This document shows, one piece after another, positions 34,555 through 47,149 of a stretch of 64,000 nt of DNA; positions within the stretch are counted from its first letter, which is position 1; each line of letters starts with the position of its first letter. The notes beneath the pieces were generated by a model. That model was not told the DNA's origin. It saw only the letters and a program-made list of their open reading frames with translations, and did no database searches. Source of the DNA: Cycas panzhihuaensis (Eukaryota > Plantae > Cycadophyta). The stretch is from the NCBI GenBank assembly GCA_023213395.1, contig CM041465.1:172553741-172617740 (forward strand), read 5' to 3'. A program made the position numbers and the translations under genes.

Positions 34555-37500
34555 TGATGTGAGAACATCAAAGAAAGAGCTAGAGCAAGAGTCAGAGCAG
34601 CAACAAAAAGGAAGAGCTAAGAAAAAACTCTAAAAAATGAATGAATTTCCCAAAGAATCAGTAAATACATATACATGAGTGAGGTATTTGCGTGTTGGAC
34701 ACATGTTGTGCATGTGTATCATGTTCACCTAACTGTTAAAATAATACATTTCTAAAGTCCTAAGTGTACTTTAAAGAATAAAAGAATAAGGGGGTCCTAA
34801 GGACTTTATGAAGTCTCATCTTTCCTCCTTACTTATAGGAAATTGTCCCTAATTTCTACCAAAGTTGCAGAAACTATTGGGAGAACTCTATTTCGGAGAG
34901 CCATTTGGCTCTTGTTGGATGTTGACCTTTCATACTGACAAGGTATGAGATAGTGGTGCTTTGTCTAGTTCATCACTCCTTAGTGTCTAATACAGTCTCC
35001 TCCTAAAGTGGGGACTAAAAATCTGGTATGGTGTCAGAAGGATGAACCACTGAGGGGGCAGCTTTTAAATTGGGTGGTACATACAACTTGAGGTTGCTAA
35101 TAATTACCACATCATGGATGCCCAAATGTGCAAGAAGATCTAGCCGATATGCATTGGCCCCTATTTTTTTGCAGGGTAGTGTAGGGCCTAAGGCAGATTG
35201 GTTTAAGCTTATGGTGATGCTTAAATCGTCATTTGTCAAGCTACAACCAAACTTTATCTCCTTCTTAATAAGAACCTAGCACCTGGTACCCTATATCGAT
35301 CTTCTTGCTTCTTGTAGGTATCTTGAGCTTGCTACAAAATCTGCCGGACCTTTTGATGAAGTTGAGAGGGATGGTTAATGAAGTTGGCAGCTCTTTGTTG
35401 TTCTTGATCTTCATGTTGTGTAGTTGGGTGTGGTAAAGTGACTGGTAACTCCTGTGGGTCTGGAGGTTGGAACCCATAGCATACCTTGAAGGGAGATCGT
35501 CCTCTGGACCTATGGCATTCTCTATTATAGCTAGGTTGAATGTGATGTAGCTATAAATCCCATAGTTTGTTATGATGGTGATAACTTCGAAGAGCTTGCA
35601 CCAAGGTCCTGTTAACCACCTGTGTCTGCCCATCTATTTGGGGATGAAAACTGGTAGAAAACTTTAGCTAGCACCCTAACATTTTCCATAGAGATTGCTA
35701 AAATGGCTCAAGAATTTGCTATCCCTGTCAAAGATAATGGAAGAGGGCAATCCAAAGTGAGACCACACATGGTGAAAGAATAAGAAAGTTGCTTATGAAG
35801 CTATAACTTCCTTTTTACATGGTATAAAAATGGCCAGTTTGGAAAACATGCATACGACTGTGAAAATGCAATCATTGCCATGCTGGTTAGTGGGTAGGCC
35901 ACTGAGGAAATTCATAGAAATTGATTCCCATGGTCTGGAGGGTACTGGCAGAAATTGGTAGAGGCCCACCATCAGATTTGAATATTTTGATTGATTACAC
36001 AGTGGACATTGGCGAATGTATGTTTGGACCATTTTTCCCACGGATGGCCAATAGAAATATCTTTGTCGATGTTGCAGGGTTTCTTGGGTCTTGAAGTGGT
36101 TGTTGTACATGGAAGAGTGAGCCTCTTTCAACAATTATTGCCTTGGAGCTCCTGCAAGGATGCAGAGTTTGCCTAGCTTGTATAGGAGTCCTCCTCACAC
36201 ATGATAATCTTGCAAAGGTATGTGATTGATGGTGGTCAACTGTTGGAGTGCCTCCAAGATGGGCTTGAAATGCAAATCAGCTTGATATAAGTCTTTCTAG
36301 CCAACATAGGAGACCAAATGATTATCCAATAAGGCAGGTAATGCTATTGTAGGTAGGCGGTTGAGAAAGTCAGCGGCCTTGTTTGTTCTTCGCTTCTTGT
36401 ACTTGATAACAATGTTAAATTGTTGGACATAAGATGCCCATTTAAGATGCCGATGTTCTTGGGTCTTAGTTTGTGAATTAAGATATTGTAACGGTCAGTG
36501 ATCCGTATGCACTATCGTCTCCTTGCCTAAGAGGAAATGGCGCCAATGTTTGAGGGCTTGAACAAGAGCATAGAACTCTTTATCGTATGTGTTATAATTC
36601 CTTTTAGCTTGTGAGAAGGCCTCATAGTGGCAAGCGATGGGATGTCCTCCCTACTTAAGTACTACGCCCATTATGAATTGGAAGCCATTGGTCTCCAATT
36701 CAAAAGGAAGTTGCTCGTCAAGGAGGCGAAGCATGGGGGTTGTACAAAGGGCAACTTTCAATTTCTTGAAAGCTGACTCAACTTCTGGCATCCAAATGAA
36801 CTCCTTAGTGCTGCTTGTTAGGGCATTCAAGGGATGCGTTATGCAGGAGAAGTGTCAGACGAACTTTCGATAGCAATTGACACTTGCCAAGAAACTCTTA
36901 AGCTCTGTCAGAATCCTGGGTATGGGCCAGTCCTAGATGACTTGTACTTTGGCAGAGTCAGCTTGGATGCCAAGGGCATTGATTATGTATCCTAAATAGG
37001 AGATGGATTCATGTCCGAAGGCGCATTTTTTTAACTTGTCCTTAAGTTGATATTGTTGGAGGAGAGAGAGAACCATTTTCATGTGTTGTTGGTGTTTTTG
37101 GTAGGTCTTACTAAAGACCAAGATATCATCCAAGTACACAATTACAAATTTGCCAAGGTGTGGCCTAAATATATCATTGATTAATCTCATGAATGTGGCT
37201 AGTGCATTGGTTAGCCCGAAAGGCATGACAAGCCACTCATATAGCCCATGTTGGGTCTTGAACATTGTCTTCCATGTGTCCCAGGCATCTATTCGGACTT
37301 TTTGGTACCTAGAATCTAAGTCGATTTTGGAGAAGTACCTAGCCCCATGTAATTGATCAAGGATGCCATCGATCCATGGCAAAAGGTAACTATTTTTATA
37401 GTGATTTTATTTGATACCCTGTAGTCAATGCATAATCACCACTCGAAGTCCTTCTTAGGTAAAGGATTGCAAGGGATCCACAGGGCAAGCAACCAGGTTG

Positions 37501-40315
37501 TATTTTGCCCTACTCAATCAGTTGAGTTATCTGTCTTTCGAGTTTGGCCTTTGTAATTGGAGTTGCCCTATAAGGGGCCTGATTTGGCAAGGAAGTACCT
37601 GGTAACAGATTAATAGTATGTTCTATTTCTCGTAGGGGAGAAGCCCTTTAGGTTTCGAGAAAACATCTATATACGCATCCAAAATGTTTCTTATTGCAAT
37701 CAGAGGAACTTTAGTACAATTTTCATTTTGGGCCTGGCGTATGATGCATAGGGCCATTGATTTAGCTATATTAACCTACTTGGTAGCTAGCTTCCCGGTA
37801 AGCACTGTAACCTTGGTGGTTGGTGTTGATGTGGCCGAAAGCCGATAAGTCTTTCCATCATTCTATAGTGTATAAGTATTGTGGTACCCATTGTATAACA
37901 CCCGTCGATCATGTTAATAGGGGCAATCGAGCAGTAGGTGGCTACAATCCATAGGAGTGACGTCACATTCCATTGTGTCTATCAAGGGAGGAATGGCAAA
38001 TGTGACTGTGCAGATCTGATCGATTACTATTGGTTGTCCATTTGTAGTGACCCAACCAAGTGCATAAGGATGAGGGTGAGGCCTTGTGGACAGTTGTAGT
38101 GTATCAACAAGCTATTTGAAAACCAAGTTCTTCATGTTGTCATTGTCCAATATACATAGGGCTATTCGATCCTTGACCTGACAATTATGTGTGAAGAGCT
38201 TCTTGCAGTCCTGCACTATGTATTCTTTTTCCATGAGCACCAAGTTGGGATCTAGTGTATCTGGATTGGCTAGTGCGATGGTATTGTCGAGTTCTACTGG
38301 GGGCAAGCTAGAGTCCCCCCTGCTCTTCCTTGGGTTGAGGCTCCACAATCAATGTTTTCTTTTGTTGTGCTCGACATTCCACATTGGTGTGCTTGGCCAT
38401 TTTGTGAAAGGACCAAAATTTGTGAGGGCAATTTAGAGGATGTTGAGTCGCGGGTTGGCATCAGGGGTTTCATGGCAAGAACTATTGTGCGTCGAATGGA
38501 GGGCGTTGCAGGAGCTGGTTTCTAGAAGTAGAAGTTGCAGTGAAGGGCTGTGGACTTTTTTGTGCTTTAGCTTTTATTGTAAGGGCCAAGCGAAAAGCTT
38601 CCTCCAAGGTGGGAATTTGGAGAAGTTCCATCTCCTGTTAGAGATGGCTACACAATCTTTCAATGAATTTTAACTTGCGGATTTTGTCAGGATCATCATT
38701 CTCTAGGCGAATGCATTGTTTCAAGAATTCAACTATATATTATTGGATTGTTTGTCCTAAAATCTAGCGTAAATGCAACCATATTTTATTAATGGTCTCC
38801 CAGTATCCCAAGGGATAGAATTGCCCCTTGATTGCCCTCTGGAAGGAATCCCATCTGTAGATATTGTTTTGCCTATTCTAGGCATGCCACCAAGTCAACC
38901 CTTGTTCCGACAAATGGACTTCTGCAACTAAGATTTTTTGTTATTCTATCAAATGCTAGGTCTTAAAATAAGCCTCCAAACTGTGGATCCACTCATCTAA
39001 CTTGTCAGGGTTGTGGGTACCATCAAAGAGGGGAATTGATATCTTTGCATCTAGCTTGAATTGTGGCTGTTGTAGAGGGACCACTAAGGCACCTAATGTT
39101 GCTACTACAGCAACTATTGAAACATGGTCTTCATATTGTTCACTAGAGCATGTTGAAAAGCTTGAGACTCCTATCTTTGACCCCTTAATTCTTGCATCAA
39201 TATTTCAGAGAGCTTTGTTTGTGATTGTACTAGTAGCAAAGACTGGGGAGGCAAATATTGTTGATCTTGTGACATTATGAGTGGGGTGTGCCTGCCTTTG
39301 AAAGGCTTACAACTATATGCCCACGGTGTGAAGGACGGGGTACTCTTGTGTGTAGTCTTACGACTATATGCCCATTTCCTCTCTCTCTCTCTCTCTTACA
39401 ATATGCAAAATAGTGCACAAAAATGATGCAAAATCTCTAAAAAGAGAGAAATTTACAAAAAAAAAAAAAATCAACACAAGTGATTTCCGTACGGCATACA
39501 AATCCGTACAGGGTACAACCACATGAATTTGTACGGTCAACCAAAAATCAAAGTTCATCTCAACACATAGATCATCCCGGTGCCTCTCTAAAGCTATAGA
39601 TGGAATTTTGATTCAAATTTTTTTAAGAAGTTATGGCCCCCGAAAGGTGTACAGCCGAATAGGTTTGGAAAAGGAAAAATGCTTAGATCTAAAAAACTCC
39701 TTCCCCAAACCGTACAATATCGGACTCAAATGAAAGATCTCATCAAACAGAAAATTTTAAGACAAGTTTCAGCAAAAAACATTGAGAACTCAGAGAGAAA
39801 TCTGCAAAAAAGGCCAAACCCCACATTGGTCAAAGATGCTCAAGTCTACTTTGCTGGAGGTCGAATCAAGCTTTGACCTAGAAGGAAAATGTGATCTTGA
39901 TGATGAGGCGCCCCTACTAGTAAAGTTTTAGCTCATTCTGAGCTCTTTGAATTTTTGTGTTCGTACGATAATTCATACAATGGTTTCTGGGCTAAAATTT
40001 AAGCAGTAGGTGGCAGGATCTCTCTACTCTAATACCAATTGATGTGAGAACATCAAAGGAAGATCTAGAGCGAGAGTGAGAGTAGCAACGGAAAGCAAGA
40101 GCTAAGAAAAAACTTCAAAAAAGTGAAAGAATTTCCCAAAGAATCAGTAGGTACATATACATAAGTGAGGTATTTACATGTTGGACACATGTTGCGCATG
40201 CAGATCATGTTCACCTAACTACTAAAATAATATATTTCTAAAATCCTAAGTGTACTTTAAAGAATAAAGTAATAAAGGAATAAAGGGGTCCTAAGGACTC
40301 TATGAAGTCTCATCA
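34555..40315 (-). mobile_element. Full-length but degenerate chromovirus-type Ty3/Gypsy element
   Basis: LTRs 34555-34821 and 40040-40315; perfect TSD GTAGA (34550-34554 and 40316-40320); PBS 40026-40037. RT FSKIDL...[15 protein letters not shown]...[10 protein letters not shown]; integrase LPVPSRPWESISM.FL.GLP; chromodomain-like tail. Confidence 0.95.
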
Positions 40316-41209
40316 GTAGAAAGTTAAAAGTCTATTCTGCTTGTGTTTATTTCTCACGTCTAAGCATGCATTTGAAATATTTGTGTGATTCTATCTATTG
40401 TTGTTGTTTGCTCATTTATATCCATTGCCAATCTCCACTGTAATTGTGTCGGTTCATCTAGCAATTTGCTCTCCCTATAATCTCAACTGACCACTCGCAG
40501 CGATCTCTTTTGTCCCCAAGGTTTAATATCTATTGAATGCACCACATTCTCTTAGAGCCTACACTCTTCTCCAGTAGTTCTTTACCACGCATCTATGTTT
40601 TTTGGTTTCATACTTGGTATTTTCAAAGCATTATATTCAAATCTTTTGGTCTCTGTATTCACATATCTGAGCCCTGAATTTAGCTATGACACACCTTTGT
40701 TTCTTGTCTATGAGCATAGGTTTAAGACATAGGGTGCATTCACCCAACGAAATTGCATCCTCATATTACCGCAACATCTAGTCAATACAACCTGTGTCGT
40801 GTGTTTACGATGTATGTTGTGGTGCTTGCCTCTCATTACGCTTGAAGGATGGTATCCATTTTCATTGTCCATTTGAATGGTAGTAAGCACTGCATAATTA
40901 TTCGGGCTGTGTGATTATATTCGAATGACATTTTGGGCAATGTTTTTAATCACCTTATCAAAGCCTCTATCTAAATTTTAGTCACTCTGATGAGTCGCAT
41001 GTCCATTCCTATTAGCCTCATGGTGTGTCATCCTCCCACACACAATCTATGGTAGTCACCTATTATTTCTACACAGTTGAGGTGTGTCCATTCGTATCAA
41101 TTTCATGATGCATTGTCCTCCCACACACAACCTAAAAAAGTCGTTCATTATTTTTTATACAATTGATATGTGTCATTGCATTTTTCGCATTTGAACTCTA
41201 TATATTTGG

Positions 41210-41306
41210 ATCTTCACACAAAGGGCAGACGTGAGCTTCGAACTTGCGCAATATTCATCTTCATGCAAAGGGCAGACATGATCTTCACACAAATGGCAAA
41301 CATGAC
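41210..41306 (+). repeat. Short degenerate direct repeats (atcttcacacaaagggcagac, three copies)
   Basis: Seen at ~41211, ~41257 and ~41281. Confidence 0.7.
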
Positions 41307-42375
41307 CTTTGAATCTGTGTAAATTCATTTATGCTTCATAATATTTGCGTTCCTTGTGAGCCAACACATCATACATTTTCTTTTATTTTATTTGCATAAA
41401 ATCATGTGATTCTTTTTTAAATGTGCGCCCTTCTCTTTGATGCGAATATTACTACTACAATCTGTTTGTTTTGCAGTTGAATGTGTGCCTTACACTTTAT
41501 GAGGATCATAGATATTTGTATCCGTTCTAACCTCACCAAAAGGGCGCGGGTTGAGAATGACTATATAATTTGTGTCATCTAATCTTGGACATTCAAGGAG
41601 GACCCAGTGCCGTGAATTGATCTCATTGAAGCAAAGGTTGGATCACTTGATATAACACCTGCAGGTCACATAGCAAAGTCAAGTGACTAGAAGTGCAATT
41701 TTTTAAAAGGAGCTAATTTGTTTTTCAAAGAGGTTGTCTCAAGTCAAGCACCTATTTTTGCTTCAGCAAGGATATCCATCATCGGCAGGGCCCATTTTCA
41801 AATATGTCAGCTCCAAAGTGTTCTACATTTCCACCTAAACAAAATGAGTGGTCACATGGCTGTGCTAGGTTTGCATTTGACAGCCTTTTTAATGATTGAA
41901 AGTTGATGAAAATTTTCTTTGTACTTCATGTGCTAAAGTGCTCTTTATCCCTTTTCACCTTCTTGTACTTTTTAATGCATAACTTGGTCATAAAAAGTCA
42001 AAATTAAGTGTCATTTGAAGCGTTGAATTTGTATTTCGATCATCCATTGAGTGAATGATCTTTTAAGAACTTTTGAAGTCATTTAATGTAATGTTTTCAT
42101 AGTCAAAGTTGATGCTAATTTGTGGGCTTCTTGCAAGTTGACCCTTGAACAAATCTAGCAAAATTTCAACTTGTAATCACCATTAATACAAAAATTTTGC
42201 TTTGGAGGAGATTTGAGTCCCAATTGAGACACTTGTGCATGTCTCGAAGTTGAAGGGGGGCAAGTTTTGTTTGTGTTTTTTGAGTGCCTTTATTATCTTG
42301 TTCAAGTGCATTTCAGTATTCTATTCTAGCACTTTACTTTATCAAAGCAATTTATTTTAAGGTAATCTCTCCATC

Positions 42376-43442
42376 ATGGCCTCAAGCATAAGTAATGTAA
42401 TGGTGCCAAAATTTGATAGTACTAACTTTTTCAATTAGAGACGAAGGATGAAACTTGTCTGTGTCCAAAGATATATGAGACTTGATTGAAACAGGTTATG
42501 GAGCACTAGATGCTAATCCTATTGAAAACCAAAAGAAGATCTACAAAGAGAATGAAAAGCGAGGTAATGAAGCCTTGGTGTTCATCTTCTGCACATTAGA
42601 GGATCACATTTTTCTAAAAACTAGTGAGGCAACTACATCAAAGAAGGCATGGGATGCTTTGAAGACCACCTATGAAGGAGTTGTTGTATCAAAACTCTAA
42701 ACATTAAGGAATAAGTTTGAAAACTATAAGATGAATAACAATGAAGGAGGAAATGACTTCATAACTAAAATACAAGGCCTAGTCAAACAAATGAGAGCCT
42801 TAAGAGAAGTCATTAGTGAGCAAAGGGTGGTAGAGAAGATCTTAAGATGTGTTAGTGATATTAAAATGTTTGATATGGTTGCAACAAGTACTGAAGTCTC
42901 CAAAGACCTAACTACGCTCAAAATTGACCAACTAAGTGCAATGTTACTTGCTATTCAAAAGAAAAAGAGGGGTAGTAAATTTTTGCCACTAAGGCAAAGA
43001 TTAGGCCTATTTTTCAAGGCCAAAACTCTAGGGAAAGTGAACAATCTCCTATAGGAAGAGGTCAAAACCTTAGAAATCAAAATCAATTTCATCAAAGACA
43101 AAGTCCAGCTTACCAAAGTCAAAGTCATTTTCATCAAGGTCAAAAACAATTTCAAGGTCAAGGGCAAACATTCTTTTCAAGGCCAAGGACAAAATTTTGG
43201 GCCTCAAGAAAGAGGTAGAGGACAAAGTCCAAGAGGAAGGAATCAAGGACAAAGAGGAATAAGTCCTAAAGGTAGAAGAACAATGCAATGTTCTTATTGC
43301 CATAGAAGTGGGCATTTAAAAGAAAATTGTTTCACAAAGAGGTCCAACTTACAAAGAGGAACAACTAATACAACAAATGAAGAAAGGGAAATTGAGAGAC
43401 TCTTTCTATCAGGTTTGATAGCAAATGAAGAAGAAGACAGTA
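42376..43442 (+). pseudogene. Ty1/Copia gag remnant, truncated before the protease
   Basis: VPKFDSTNF..., TSKKAWDALKTTYEG, VVEKILR, and zinc knuckle CSYCHRSGHLKENC. Confidence 0.88.
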
Positions 43443-43804
43443 TATTGAACTACAAAATCTTGATCATATACAACAAGCAAACAATAAAAAACATAGATAC
43501 ATAGTACACAATATTTACGTGGAAAAACCTTTCTATAAAAATCCCACCACAAAAGATCATTAGATCACATTGATAACCGTTGGATGATTTTACAATGGAC
43601 TCTAGGGTTATTTATAATCCCCCAAGCGGTATGTTCAACCCCATTAGTTGCAACCCTCCATAATATTCGCACCTTTTGACTTAACAATAACTAAACCACA
43701 TTTAACATTAATCATGTGACTTTAGCATTAACTGCCATGTTAACATCATATGTAATGGTTGTAACCTTTGAGTCAAAATGGTTGTAAAACAAGTATAAAT
43801 AAAG

Positions 43805-44131
43805 AATTCTCAACCCAAGTTCGGTGTGAGGGTTAAGTAGTCAAGCATACCCATAAGGTAAAACATTCCCTGAGCATTATACTTGACAATTGTTTAACGA
43901 AATATTCAGCTACATGGAAAAAAATGTGCATATGTGTTTAAGTATGGATGTATGAGTGTATCCTATATGTTATATTTATGTGCATGTAAGTGCTGACATG
44001 CAGCAACAAGTCAACAAGGTGTGCAAGGCTTGTCAGCATGTCAAGACCAACATCAAGGTGACAAAGGGCACATGATTAAGGTCTAAATGGGCAATTTTGA
44101 GACAAGTGGTGTGCCATACCTTAAGTCAACA
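43805..44131 (+). mobile_element. Partial solo LTR related to the LTR at ~47200-47503
   Basis: Colinear similarity (caagcata.cccataag, caacaaggtg..caaggcttg, ccaacatcaa.gtgacaa). Both end GTCAACA; no PBS follows this copy. Confidence 0.75.
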
Positions 44132-45124
44132 GTCATGATGCTCACTTGTGTTGACAACCATGTCCCAACCTTTATAGGATTCTAATAGCTCCAACACAAT
44201 CTACTCAACATTCTATGAGAAGACTTGACATTTTGGAACTCTTAGATTCCATTTGGAATTGATTTATAGCATTGTATATGCATCGAAATGAAAACTCACG
44301 TCAAGCCATGGTTACAAGAACAACTGAAGAACATTTCTGAAGAGCAATCCTAGAAATGACCAGAAGAGACCCAAAAACAACAAAAATGGTGCCAAAATTG
44401 TCAAAAATAGTTCCACAAAAAGATGTAGAATGGCCAACACCACTCAAGAATGGTTGCAAAAAAGAAATGCTCTTAAGAAATGCAACAACAATAGTTGTAA
44501 TGATGAATGCATAGAGAAAAATGCTTATAGCAGAATAGGAACACATCAAGAATGATTCCCCTTGGGGGAGCTTTTGGGTATTTTCTTTTTAGTTCTTGCC
44601 TTCTTTGCCTTAGTCCTTTACCATTGTAACATCATTTTCTCCATTGAATTTCCAATTATTACAGTTTTCACTTCATCTCCCCCTCGCAACATATCATGAA
44701 TGTAATAGTAGTTAAAGCACTTGTGCAATTGAAGTCCTCTTTCATGAAGTAGGCCATAAAGAAGCATGGTTGCTTTCTCTCTTCATATGGTCAACAAAGT
44801 CTTTACAAAAGTCAACAAACATTAACGGCAAGCAATTGTGAGGCCTGAAACAAAAATAAGAGCAAGCAAAGCTCTAACAAATAGATGAATTAAATCCAAA
44901 TTAAACAAAAGACAAATTTCAAATAATTCATGCAAAGCCAAAAAAAGATCATTTGACTAGCCAAGGTGCAAATGAGAATAGTTCTCGTTAAGTAAATACA
45001 AGCAAAGGTAGACACTTTTTGGACAGATGTTAAGGCAATAAAATTGTAGGAAAAAAATATTCCACTTAATTGTTATAATAAAATCACAACATTAAGCAAA
45101 AATTAAAGCTTGGCAATTGTTTAC

Positions 45125-45200
45125 CTTCACTGCTTTGTCTTTCAAGAAAGGAAGTGTATCTTTAGATGCATCTTCCAAAGCAACCACAAAGCGTTCAAAC
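45125..45200 (-). CDS. NOC1: NOC1/SWA2-like internal exon B
   Basis: acag| acceptor and |gtaaa donor; 76 nt. Completes the AG+G Arg codon from exon A and reads FERFVVALEDASKDTLPFLKDKAVK. Confidence 0.95.
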
Positions 45201-45813
45201 CTGTAGCAGTCAAATCTTTTTTAGAAGATTCTAATTGAATAAATTCTCACTTTCCATATGTAAGAGCAAAGGGAAACTTATGAATACAAGATCATGAAGA
45301 AGAGTCACATGCACTAGAATGAGTCATTTAACTAAATATTCAAGTAATGGATGTTTAAAACGATCCATACACAAGAATACATATGTATATATATAGGGAA
45401 GCAATAAATCAAATGCTTTATTTATCCAATATACCCCATCACTACAATAGTGACATATTTACAAAATAATGCAAGTACTTGAGAGACATTCCAAACCCAA
45501 ATAATAACAATAATAATAAAGTTAACTTTAAATGAAAGTCCACTATTTTCATTACTAGTTAGGAATGCCACTCCATGTGTAATGCTCACTTGTAGAAGTC
45601 AAGTTCTTCACTACCAAATGACTAAGAAACCAATTTGAAGAGAAGGCTTGTTCTATGTGTGTGTAGGGGGGGGGGGGTGTTGTGTGGGGTTAGAAGAGAG
45701 AGAGAGAGAGCAAATATCAACCATGATCAAGCCTTGACAAGTTAGCACATACGACACATCAAAAATACAAACATAATAAATACTAACTAAAATAAATCCA
45801 ACTTCTAACATAC

Positions 45814-45933
45814 CTATGCTTAAGGCAATCTTCCCAATACCAAAAAAGTAGAAGCGACGATCCATCCCTTGACTCCGGAAGAGCATAGAGAGATTGTTGT
45901 ACTAAATATTTAAGCTTTCGATCTGGTAGCAAA
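45814..45933 (-). CDS. NOC1: NOC1/MAK21/CEBPZ (SWA2-like) CCAAT-binding-factor-domain ribosome biogenesis protein, internal exon A
   Basis: ccag| acceptor and |gtatg donor; 120 nt, phase 2/2. Reads LLPDRKLKYLVQQSLYALPESRDGSSLLLFWYWEDCLKH(R), matching the LLPDRKLK...LLLFWYWED.LK.R block of plant SWA2/NOC1. Confidence 0.95.
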
Positions 45934-46119
45934 CTGGACCAAAGGAAAGCATAGTTGAGTTAGTTGTTCTTTCAAAATAATAATTTATTTATTTCATTTT
46001 GTCATTGACCAAATTTTTTAAAAAGCACAGAAAGAAGTAGGGAATAATACTAAAACAATATATTGGTGAGGTTAAAAAAGCTAAATATAAAAAGTAGTCT
46101 TAACCTCACAACCACATTA

Positions 46120-47120
46120 TTGCACAAAACGTTAGTTCCTATGATGCAAGATAACAATTGGATGACAAGAGGAGAGAGTGCTTATAATTTACTTATAGAA
46201 TGAGCAAATATCTCACATATATGTGGGAGTAGACTTCGATGTTAAGAGAGCACCTGAACAAAGGTCTTAAGGGTATTTATAGTCATTTCCCCTCTAAGAT
46301 TGATTGAATACAAAATTTAATAATAAGCTAAATAAATGGGTCCGAGCAATTATATCATTTGACCGCATATCCATGGCCTATATACCATCAAGCTTGTATG
46401 TGCAATTTATTGTTTTGATACTAAGAACATGATGCCATTCATTCCTATACAAGTCAAATATTAACCTAACCACATATTTGCAGGTAACACAACTTGACAA
46501 ATTGGGTTTATTACATGATTTCCACCCTTCTAAAAACTTTACCCTCAACCAATTGTGATTCTAAGAAATTTGCTTGAATATGGTTTCCGACTCAAATAAT
46601 GCAACTCTAACTAGCAAATGTCCACCAAAATTCCCGAATCATTTTGGTGTATTTGTCCTTTGTATGTTCATCCAAAATGCCTTACGATTCCAAAACCAAG
46701 TTCCATTTTGCACTTGGTACTAGAAGCTCGATCTAGAGTATATTATGTTCACCTAGTGTCTTTTTAAGGCATGCCACATGGAAAACAACATGTTATCTAG
46801 CAAGAGTAAGAAGATACACTGCATATCCCACCAAATGCAATTCTTCACTAATTAGAGGCACTAGAATATTAACACCTATTTTCCAATTTTGTTGCCTTTG
46901 AATGAAGCTTACTTGTAAAGTTACAAAAGCACATAACTTCAACTGTTGCAACCGCACATAAATCCAACTCCTATGTCATGTTTTAGAATGATGTTTGTCA
47001 ACTTCTTCAATTTTGCAATTTCTATCAAATGTTCCTGGAATATCTTCATTATATGTTATCTCTAACCAACAATTCCTTCATTGTTAATGGATTATAACCA
47101 TATAATGACATGAATGTGTA
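46120..47120 (-). mobile_element. Highly decayed 3' end of a Gypsy element (integrase tail, PPT ~46520-46530, LTR remnant)
   Basis: Minus-strand HVVFHVACLKK motif at ~46760-46792, and a pyrimidine run next to TTACA at 46516. Confidence 0.5.
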
Positions 47121-47149
47121 TGTGCAATATTTGGCTCATGGGCACTTAG

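Larger units (their letters stand above)
28565..41550 (+). mobile_element. Old host LTR element (LTR ~28565-34356, PBS ~34359-34370, non-coding interior), split by two younger insertions
   Basis: TGTAATG start; CTATCA-TT-TGGTATTAGAGC at 34351-34370. Continuity is implied by the TSDs of the 29319-34207 and 34555-40315 insertions. Outer limits are uncertain. Confidence 0.5.

Noticed and set aside
45653-45886. 77 aa minus-strand ORF
   Set aside because: Wrong frame of exon A running into the intron.
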